A stretch of DNA of 36,745 nt, taken from positions 1 through 36,745 of the forward strand of contig JALAGF010002412.1 of the NCBI GenBank assembly GCA_030167865.1. The letters are read 5' to 3'. The notes beneath the pieces are model-generated. The model did no database searches. It was not told the DNA's origin and worked only from the letters and a program-made list of their open reading frames with translations. The translations under genes and the position numbers were made by a program. This document shows, piece after piece, positions 8,057-17,500 of the stretch (position 1 is the first letter of the stretch; each line of letters begins with the position of its first letter). Source of the stretch: Craspedostauros australis (taxonomy: Eukaryota).

Positions 8057-9865
8057 TCAATTGGTTCTCATGGAGCGGACGAGGTCCACGAGTGTCGCCC
8101 GATCCATGTATGAGTCCACTTGTGCTGTGCCCTCATCCTCATCTATGACCTTGTACAGCTCCATCATGGACATACGGCTGTACTCATCACCAATGTCATC
8201 GCTCTCCGCTTCCCCACTGCAAAACGCCTGGGTCTCCGTCATCAGTTGAATGTGTGGAAACAGTTTCTTGAAATCTGGATGAGTGAACAGATTTTGTTCA
8301 TATCCAACGGCCAACCTCATGGCTGCATCCTTCAACACCACGCTGTTGTGTTGATCAGCGAATATCAACACATCCATCATGGTGGTCTGTGTGAGATGCT
8401 TGCAGGCCAACTCTGCTTCAAGAACAAGCTTGAGTCGCCAGAAGCCGAACTCGTTGGCCACAAGGATCAGCTGTTGCAGATCGTCCTGTCCATTGAGGGT
8501 GGGAGTTGGTTGGTTTGCGTCACCGGTATTGGCGTTGTCTTCATGAGCGCTGTTGTCGAAGGACATCTCACCTGTGTAGATGCATTGGAGGACATGTCGG
8601 ACATGTTTTGGTTGAAGGTTGGGAAGAGGGATGGTCGTTTGGATGGGTTCAGTTCCATCTTGAGCACCATCGTGAGCGCATTGATGTTGGATTCCGGAGT
8701 TGATCAATGTCTGAATGGATGGAACAGTGACAATGAGGACTCCGGAGTTTGCCTTGATTGATTGTTGTTCGTCCCCTTGTCCGCACAGGAAGGAAGTGTC
8801 TGCGATGGCCTCGGCACGAACAGCGGCGCGACGATCTTGGTCGATGCTGATCTTGAGGTGTTGTTTCAGCTGCCGTTTCAGTTGTTCATTCTCCTGCTCC
8901 TTCTGTTTCTTCTCTTGCTCATTCCGTTCAAACTGTTGTTTCAGCTGTTCGTTCTCTTCTTCCTTCTGTTTCTTCTCTTCCTCCTTCCGTTCCAACTGCC
9001 GTTTCAGTTGTTTGGTCTCCTGCTCGTTCTCCTTCAACTGCTCCTGCAGTTGTGAGTTGCAGTGACTCAGATGATCGAGACTGTTTATCATCTTGATTTG
9101 AAGTTTTGCATCGATCATGTCGAGGGGCGTTTTGTTGTTGTTGTTCTGGATGTCAATATCGGCATTGGCTGATGCAACGAGGTACGCAACACACTCCGGG
9201 TGGCCGGGAATGCATGCCACGTGAAGGGGAGTGTCACCATCGTTGTCTTTGCAGTTGATGTCAGCCCCGCGTGATTCGATGAGGTACTTCACACACTCCA
9301 GCTGGCCGGTACCGCATGCCAGATGAAGGGGAGTGAGACCTTTGTTGTCTTTGCAGTTGATGTCAGCCCTGCGTGATTCGATGAGGTACTTCACACACTC
9401 CAGCTGGCCGGTACCGCATGCCCTATGAAGGGGAGTGAGACCATTGTTGTCTTTGCAGTTGGTGTTGGCCCTACATGATTCGATGAGGTACTTCACACAC
9501 TCCAGCTGGCCGTTTTGGCATGCCGCATGAAGGGGAGTGTCACCGTCGTTGTTTTTGCAGTTGATGTCAGCCCCGCGTGATTCGATGAGGTACTTCACAC
9601 ATTCCAGGTGGCCGGTACCGCATGCCGCATGAAGGGGAGTCCAACCATCGTTGTCTTTGCAGTTGGTGTCAACCCTGCATGATTCGATGAGGTACTTCAC
9701 ACACTCCAGCTGGCCGGTAACGCATGCCACATGAAGGAGAGTGGGACCATTGTTGTCTTTGCAGTCGACATCAACTCCTTCACTTTGCGTCTTCCATTCC
9801 TTCAACACCGACAAGTCACCTGCTATGACAGCAGCAAAGAGTTGTTCGTTCGCAACATTCGGCAT
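8057..9865 (-). CDS. Ankyrin-repeat / coiled-coil / BTB-POZ (plus BACK-like helices) protein, putative cullin-3 substrate adaptor, 602 aa
   Basis: Six 34-aa repeats KDNxGxTPLHxACxxGxLECVKYLIES. E/K/Q-rich coiled coil with a 21-aa repeat. BTB-like ADTSFLC...IKANSGVL...VLQCIYTGE...LILVANEFGFWRLKLVLEAEL...DVLIFADQHNSVVLKDAAM. Confidence 0.88.
   Translation of the reverse strand: MPNVANEQLFAAVIAGDLSVLKEWKTQSEGVDVDCKDNNGPTLLHVACVTGQLECVKYLIESCRVDTNCKDNDGWTPLHAACGTGHLECVKYLIESRGADINCKNNDGDTPLHAACQNGQLECVKYLIESCRANTNCKDNNGLTPLHRACGTGQLECVKYLIESRRADINCKDNKGLTPLHLACGTGQLECVKYLIESRGADINCKDNDGDTPLHVACIPGHPECVAYLVASANADIDIQNNNNKTPLDMIDAKLQIKMINSLDHLSHCNSQLQEQLKENEQETKQLKRQLERKEEEKKQKEEENEQLKQQFERNEQEKKQKEQENEQLKRQLKQHLKISIDQDRRAAVRAEAIADTSFLCGQGDEQQSIKANSGVLIVTVPSIQTLINSGIQHQCAHDGAQDGTEPIQTTIPLPNLQPKHVRHVLQCIYTGEMSFDNSAHEDNANTGDANQPTPTLNGQDDLQQLILVANEFGFWRLKLVLEAELACKHLTQTTMMDVLIFADQHNSVVLKDAAMRLAVGYEQNLFTHPDFKKLFPHIQLMTETQAFCSGEAESDDIGDEYSRMSMMELYKVIDEDEGTAQVDSYMDRATLVDLVRSMRTN
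9150..9775 (-). repeat. 102-bp intragenic tandem array encoding the ankyrin repeats
   Basis: GATTCGATGAGGTACTTCACACA recurs at 9273, 9375, 9477, 9579 and 9681 (exact 102-bp period). Confidence 0.95.
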
Positions 9866-12306
9866 TTTGAGAGGATGGTCGATGATTACTGGACGATTGA
9901 CGTTGGGCGATTGACGTTGGATTGGCTGTCGAGGAAGAGTGTAGTTCGAGTTACCTATGGCAGAGATATCGATGGTGTGTCTTCAATAGCTTGTATTTGT
10001 ATGAGTATCATACACTGTGTGGTAACTCGATGTCTGTTGTTGATGTGCTCGAGTATGGGGTTGAGTGGTGTGTGTTGTTGTCTTGTTCGCATGGTCCTCT
10101 CCTTCTCTTGATCGCACCCCTCTGGTTCGTGTGGTTTGGATCCTTCTGTTCCCACCAACCACGAAAATGCACACACACAACAAGAAGAAAGAAGGAAGAA
10201 GCGTGTTCTGCGAGCATCCTTGAAAACGAGGATCTTCGACTCGTAGGACCATTCAGGAAACTCAACGACCGTCAGCCACCAGCGACATCGACCACAACCA
10301 ACAACTTGGGCTCCAGCCGCAACATCTGCCACAACCAACACCACCTTGGTGTCCACCACAAAGCATCCATCCAAAGATCACAAAATAAAGGTGTCCAAAG
10401 AGAGATAGCAGGAAGGAAAACTGCCACCACCATCATGTGCACCAAAGGCTTCGCTTTTTCTCTGATGATACATCATCATTGCATCTCCAAGATCATTGAC
10501 ACCAGTTGACCTGCCATCACTGGCAGCAAATTGAGGTGTGAACCAAAGCCTGGAATCATGAAAGTTGCTATTCTGGTTGCATCACATCAGTTGGGATCCA
10601 CCTGCTGTGGAGTTGACCGTCTATTTTCCTGTTGCATTAATGATCAGAATTGAAACATGGACAGCAGGCATTCAAGAGATAAAACCAACACCGCACTGCA
10701 TGTCGAAATGGATTGACACATTCCACACTGCAAGCAGGCAACTGATGCTGTTCCATCTTTGCTGCTTCTGCCGCACAGACCAGGAGAATCTACGTCCTGA
10801 CAAGAGGTTCATGGGCACTGGCGCATTCCTTTGCAAGTTCCAACAGATCGATGCTCGTCCATTGTGGCCAACAGCAGCAACCTTTGCGCAAGCACAGTTA
10901 ACAACATCAGCAATGCTTGCAACATCCATGCACCTAACTCGCTGCCTCTCTCTCAAGTTTTCCTGGATGTAGGCAACTGCTGCGCAAGTGGCCAGTCTCA
11001 TTAGTTGGACCTGATTGATGTACCAAATGAGCTCGAGCGTAATTGATTGCATGACATCATGATGTCCATGCTTGATGTGCTATGAATCAGCTGTTGCGAG
11101 ACCTCCATTCAAGGATAGGGCCAGCAAACACCAGCAAGTACCCTGTGGCTACCATGCTTTGTTTGTTGCCCCATCGTTTGCTTCAATCAATCGTTCAAGC
11201 AATGAGGTCAGCTCACAAATGTATATATACTCTCTCTCTCTCTCTCTCTTGTTCGCTCCACAGACTAGTGTTGTGCAATCACTATTGATGTTGTGTCCAT
11301 AACTTCTCATGTACATATTTATTGTATCATACAATGGAGTCAGGATTGGGGCGTACCATACCATACGGTCTACACAACACAAGTGCCATGCAACTCAGTC
11401 ATCGATTGGTCTTTACTCCGATGGACGTCCACCTGGTAGGGCATCCTGGCCGCTCCATTGCAACGATGTGCAGCTGACATAAGTGGAAGACTGTGCAATG
11501 ATGTGGGCATGTCCGGATGGTTGACTTGACATTGTGTCTCCCATCTGTGGGTGATGCTCTACATCCAACGCGCATCGGTATAGCTCATATCATTGGTACG
11601 AAATGTCTGTGACGACACATCATCACTTTGATCGCTGTTGTTGCGACTTCGCTTCAAAAAGTGAAAGTTGTGTAGGCGGCTCGCGTGGACTTTCGTAGCA
11701 CTTCTGCCGAGTCATGCTTTGGTCGTGGCAAGGAACACCGAGGAATGGAACATCACATGACATCACCCGAAACAAAAATCCAAGGAGATGCAAGGGGCGA
11801 ACGCCGCACATTTGCGCCATTTGGTGTTGCTCTGAGTTTGCATTCTGCAAAAACACACAAAGACGCAAACACACACACACACATCGTGACTCTGGCATCA
11901 AAAACCCCAACGGCCACCAATCGACAAGCGCACGCACTGGAGTCTCCAAGTGATCACAACAAACAGGTGCATGCGTAGCGTACTTATCTGCAATCCACTC
12001 TCTCAGGTATCCACACATTCACACCATAGTGACGCAAGCGGTGACAGCCACATCAGAAGACGACGAGTCCAACCACAAGCAGGCAAGCACGAATCGGGCG
12101 CAAACTGGGGGCAGCATCGGGCGAAAGACTCCAAACCGCGAGCAGCGAAGCTTCCGAGCGAAGGCTCCAGGCCAAACATTGCACTTAGAACTTTGTACGC
12201 GTACATAGCCGCAATACAGGATTGGAGGGTTGACTCCACTCTGCTCTATCGGTCGCACGACGACGGCAAATCACAACGCACAGCTCTTCACAGTTGAGAA
12301 GTGATC

Positions 12307-14004
12307 ATGAACAAAAACAAACCCTCTCTGAAGATCCTGGTGTGCTCCGCCAACATCGGCAATGCGGAACCCGACATGGACAGCATCCGGGCCTGGGTGC
12401 CGACGGATGGAGCTTGCGATCAGGTGACGCCTCTGCAAGGAATCAAGAAGGACAAGCTCGCATCCGGCCAGTTCGACATGGTCGTCATTGGCATGCAGGA
12501 ATCGACGTGGAAGAAGCCGTCCAAGATGGAACGCAAGGAGAGCAAGGAAGACAAAGAGGTTGGCGAGGAGGTCACCGTGTCGGTCGCCCCGCCGCCCTCG
12601 GACCGCAAGATGAAGCGCTCGGCGAGTTCGCTCAGCATGCTCGAAGGCAAGGATGCGCATGACTCGGTGGCGTTGAAGCGCATGTTCCAGGAGGCGCTGG
12701 GTGACGGATACCTGCTCATTGGCCAGCAGCAGCGAGGTCAGATGCGGTTGCACATGTGGGTGCGCGACGTGCTGGCCGACGACATCGAACCGGAGGACAT
12801 CGTCATCAAGGGCGAGAATACGGGGATCGGCGGCGTGCTGGCCAACAAGGGTGGCATCGTCGCCACCTTGACCTACAAGAAGACGCGCATCACCTTCCTC
12901 TCGGCGCATCTTGCGGCGCACGAAGGAGAGCAGTACTACACGGCGCGTTGCGACAACATCAAAGAGATTCTCAGGGGCGCCAAGACGTTCGAAAAGTTCG
13001 ACGCCGCCATCTCGTCGCATTACATGTTCATCCTGGGCGATCTCAACTTCAGATCCAAATTCGGCGAGTACGGGGATCTCGAGCATGAGGAGAAATTCGA
13101 AAAGGCCATGAACCTCATCAACGCCAAGGATTACCTGTCGTTGTACGCCTACGACGAGCTGCAGCTGGGCATCAAGAACGGCGAGCTGCTGGTCAATTTC
13201 ATGACGCTGCCATGCAATTTCCCACCCACCTTCAAAATGCTGCGAGAGAAGGGCTTCGTCTACAAGGATCAGCGGGTGCCCAGCTACACGGACCGAATCC
13301 TCTTCAAGGCCGCCGATGGCATGAGCAAATACCTCAAGCCGCTGGCGTACGAACCGTGTCCGGATTTCACCACGTCCGATCACAAACCGATCCGAGGTGC
13401 CTTCACGTTGCGTCTCAACGAAGGCATTGGCAACAGCGGTTCGGACGAAGAGACCTTGCCGAATTCCATCCGACTTGTCTTCTCCAACATGAGCTGCACG
13501 GACCTGCCCGTCATGGACGTCGGCGGTTCGTCCGATCCGTACATCAAATTCATCTGGGACGGCGCCAACATGAGCAGCGACGGGGAGAGCGGCAAATCAC
13601 GGCGCACGCTCATGGGATCGCAGTCGAAGTGGCCCAGAACCAAAACGAAACCAAAGACGCTCAATCCGGTGTGGTCCGAAGAGGTCGGTCTCATCGTCGA
13701 CACTCTCGTCGGCACTGACGCCATCCTCTTCATCACCGTCATGGATTACGATGCCGCCAGCCAGGACGATCTCATGTGCACGCTGCCCTTGAACATCCGG
13801 AAGCTCATGCGGGATTCCATGCGAGATCACACGCGCAAGGTCGTCGTCGACCGGCCCCTGCTCAAGTACGGCAAGCCCACGGGCAGGATCAAGTTCGATG
13901 TCACCATCTCGGACCTCGCGTCCAACCAGGAAGCGGCGAATCCCAAAAAGAAGCAGGGTATATTCAGCCGCGCCAAGGGTTACTTCAAATCCGACAAGAA
14001 GTAG
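12307..14004 (+). CDS. Inositol polyphosphate 5-phosphatase (IPPc) with C-terminal C2 domain
   Basis: Motifs IGMQE, ANKGG, SAHLAAHE, ILGDLNFR, PPTFK, RVPSYTDRIL, SDHKPI. C2: DLPVMDVGGSSDPYIK...KTLNPVW...VMDYDAASQDD. First ATG at 12307; an upstream exon cannot be excluded. Confidence 0.93.
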   Translation: MNKNKPSLKILVCSANIGNAEPDMDSIRAWVPTDGACDQVTPLQGIKKDKLASGQFDMVVIGMQESTWKKPSKMERKESKEDKEVGEEVTVSVAPPPSDRKMKRSASSLSMLEGKDAHDSVALKRMFQEALGDGYLLIGQQQRGQMRLHMWVRDVLADDIEPEDIVIKGENTGIGGVLANKGGIVATLTYKKTRITFLSAHLAAHEGEQYYTARCDNIKEILRGAKTFEKFDAAISSHYMFILGDLNFRSKFGEYGDLEHEEKFEKAMNLINAKDYLSLYAYDELQLGIKNGELLVNFMTLPCNFPPTFKMLREKGFVYKDQRVPSYTDRILFKAADGMSKYLKPLAYEPCPDFTTSDHKPIRGAFTLRLNEGIGNSGSDEETLPNSIRLVFSNMSCTDLPVMDVGGSSDPYIKFIWDGANMSSDGESGKSRRTLMGSQSKWPRTKTKPKTLNPVWSEEVGLIVDTLVGTDAILFITVMDYDAASQDDLMCTLPLNIRKLMRDSMRDHTRKVVVDRPLLKYGKPTGRIKFDVTISDLASNQEAANPKKKQGIFSRAKGYFKSDKK

Positions 14005-14561
14005 GAGGAGGATGCGCACGAGTTGGCAGTCGCCACGGTTGTTGTTCATCACAAGTCCGTATTATACATGTGTTTATTGTGTCTCATTGCATCCCAAGCA
14101 TGTACTGTGCCATACGACACACGAATGTGTGCGGATGTACGTATGATACATCAGGGAAGACGTGATCAGTGTTGTATTTGAAAAGGAAAGGGTGGGAGAT
14201 CGCACACGATCAACCCACCATAAACAATAGAAGAAGAAAACAAAGTCTTACATACTCGCCTTGACACAGACCATGTTTGCTCTGGGCTGCTCACCATCTC
14301 CATCTCGACTCCAGAGTTTGGCAGTCCTCATATGTTTCAATTCCAACAGATCGACATGATAATCGAGCAATCTATAATTATGCATTTGATGTGTGGTGCG
14401 TCGTTCAGTGGTGCCACTGTTGCTGTTGCAGCTGCTGGTGTTGTTGTTGTTATTTCGTGCACGTACGTGTGCGCGTACACGTGGAAAGGTCACACCGCAT
14501 CCTCTTGACACCCTCGCCATCCGATCACCTGCTCCCATCACGGCGCGCTCAGCATGCACTA

Positions 14562-17500
14562 CTATGTAGGCCTTGGTGCGGGCATGCCGCCGTAGTTGTC
14601 GTAATCGTAACGTTCTCTGGATGCTGCTTCGCCTTCGTCTTCTCCGTCATAATCGTCATCTTCCTCGCTGCTTTCGGACATGCTGCCCTCGGCATCATCA
14701 TGATAATCACCCTGGTAATCGCCCTGGTAATCACCATCGTAATCGTCGTAACGGTCATCGTATTCGTCCGAGCTCGTCAAGTCTCCCGGTGAATCATACC
14801 CGATGTCATCCGAATCCAACTCCGAGTCGGTCTCGTCTTCATCGATGTACGAAGACTCGTCTTCCGTATCTTCGACGGCATCCTTGTACAGCACCTCCAT
14901 CTCCTCCACGACCTTCGGGCCCTTGTGCTCCCATTCTCGCTTGTTCTTCATCACGTACGAGATGTACTCGTGCCCGGAGGCACCGAAGGTGCCGCAGTCG
15001 AGAAGCTTCTTTGCCAACGGCAGGAGGTAGTAGTCGAAGAAACCGAGCTCGCCACGGTACCAGTTTTCTGCCGGATGCACAGCGGCAAGACCGGCCTCAT
15101 AGGCATTGTGCATCTCGTGAAACAGGCGCTCGTTCCATCGGCGGTAGATGTGCCAGTGCTGCATGGTGTGCGCCACGTCGCTGACTTGGATCATGTGCTC
15201 GATGACGGCGGTGGCCTTGCGGTTCATGTCCTCCTGGATTTGGAACGCGGATGTGACTTGTCCCGTCGCCGTGACATGTCCCAGCACGGGAGTTGGCCTT
15301 CGGAAGGCCTTGTTCCACTTTTGCTCGCGGGTTTGATTGACCTCTCGCGATGCGATGTCCGTTGCCATGATGCAGTTGATGACCAGCTGTCGGAAGCGCT
15401 TGCGTTCGACGTTGGTTTGGTAGATGCACTTGCGCAGACGTTCGAACCTCGGATCCATGAGCAGCTCCCATCCAATGTGCACCGAGTTCTGTTCGGCGAC
15501 GCTCTTGTTTTCGAACTTGACGGCCAGCTCGTGCTGATCCTTCACCAGCTGCGCGTTGGGCAAGCCGGTGTGGTCCACGTCGTGGATGATCGCCGCGAAG
15601 ACGATGGCAAAGTGGGTGAGCGGATCGGAACTGATTCCGAACGTCGCGTTGTGTAGCTCTTCCTCCTTTTCGTACTCGTCCGATGTGATCAATCGGTTCA
15701 GCATCTTGTTGGCACACAGTGTAACGTGAGAGGCATGCTCGAAGCTGTGGAACGGATTTTCGCGATACATCGCGGCGATGAGGCGGACGTAGTCCCTCAG
15801 GTCGGAACGTGTTTGGTTCATCATGGAGGTATCCGGTCGTTCGCGACGGTATTTCGAGGCTTCCGCATCAAACGGCGGCAGTGCCACCACCTCTGCGACA
15901 TCGTTGACGGCAGATGGCAGCAGCGCAACCTCTGCGCTGTGATTGACCATGGATCCGCGAGATGGGGAACGGCTTCGGAACGAGATGACTCGCGCCAAGT
16001 GGAATAGAAGCAGCTCCACATTCCAGTCGATAAGTCGAGCGTACTTCTCGTCGAAACCTGGATCGTCCGTCATGTTGCCGCTGCTGCTGCTGTTGCGACC
16101 AACATGCATGCTGCCACCCATAGGACGATGCGGCGATGCGGCAACGCCGGGAATCTTGGCGGGCGCTTCGATTGCGCCGTTGGCATTGGAACCGCCGGAA
16201 CGGTCCACCAGGTTGTTGTGCACATTGATGTCGGTGGTGACGCGGATCTCTTTGGTGGTCTTCGTCGCGCGGCGCTTCTTTGTTGGGTCCAACCAGAACG
16301 TCTTGAGTTCGCCTTTGCCTTTGGCAACCACGAGCTTGTCTCTGGGCTTCAGCCAATGGTTCTTGCCTGCTGCGATCAGCAGATCCGCCGTTTCCTGCGA
16401 GATCTGGATGCGCCCACGTTCACCGGTACTCTCCATACGCGACGCGGTGTTGACGGTGTCACCGAACAGCTGGAATCGCGACTTCTCACCACGCAGCACA
16501 CCGGCAGTGACCGGACCAGAGTGCAATCCAACTCGCAGTGCCAAGTCGCTGGTACCTGGCCCGAGATGGGCCTCCAGCTCCTTGATCAGTTCCTGCATGC
16601 CCAGCAACGATTGGTACGCGAATCGGCTCATGTGCACGGCGTGGTGGGTATCTGGATTCGGCAGCCCTGTCACTGCCATGTAACAATCGCCGATGGTTTC
16701 GACCTTGAAGACCTTGAGCTTTGCCGCGATCACATCGAAGCTGCGGTAGAGCGTCTCCAGGAGGGTGAACACCTGCGCCGGCTCGCGCTGCGAACTCCAC
16801 GCAGTGAATCCAGCGATATCCGCAAAGAGGACGGTCGTGTTCTGGAAGAAGTCGGCGATCGGTTCGGACGATAGATCGGTGGAGGTCTCGGGCATGGAGA
16901 GGAACTGCTTGATCGACACCGAACCACCTCCCGGAGCGCCGTTGAGCCGCTTCTTCGATCTGGGTCCGCCGTTCTTTGTTTTACTGCGACCTCCCGAAGG
17001 CTTTCCATTCTTGCCGTTGCCGTTCTTGCCGGAGCCATTGGCACCGTCTCCATTGGCGCTGCCATCGCCGTTGTTCTGGTCTGCAGATCCGTTGCCGAGG
17101 GCTTTCTTGGAGGATGAACCCGCGGCATTGAGGGCGCTGCTTTTAGAACTGCCGGTGCCACCCAGACCTGTGCCGTTGCCGTTGGCGCCGTTCCCGCTGC
17201 CCCCCATGCCACCGGACGTTGAAGTGTTGTTGAGGATGGGCAAGGACGATCCGGCAGAAGCGCCGGCGTGATCCCCCTTCTTGTTCTTGTTGTCCCCGAC
17301 GTTCTGCAACATACGATCGCGCACTTGCTCTGGGAAGAGGTTGGAGACGACGGCGGAGAACTTGGTGGCGACGTTGACGACGACCGATTGGCGCTTCTCG
17401 ACGTACCAGTCGTAAACGGCGAAAGCGGAGATGAGGATGCACATGGCAATGCCAGCGATGATGGGGTATATTATCGTCTCCTGAACGGCGGGATCGTCCA

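Noticed and set aside
9893-9920. Two TGACGT (bZIP/aureochrome-type) boxes upstream of ANK-BTB
   Set aside because: They arise from a simple short duplication very close to the ATG, and the hexamer is common. No support for function.
10270-11620. Possible genes (ORFs 10565-10972 and 10672-11052)
   Set aside because: Short, CpG-depleted and without an identifiable motif. Probably decayed sequence that I cannot classify.
12271-13383. 370-aa antisense ORF, and similar long ORFs at 14925-17789, 21837-22688, 28474-29595 and 35874-36701
   Set aside because: Shadow ORFs produced by the high GC3 of real genes on the opposite strand or frame; no recognisable motifs.
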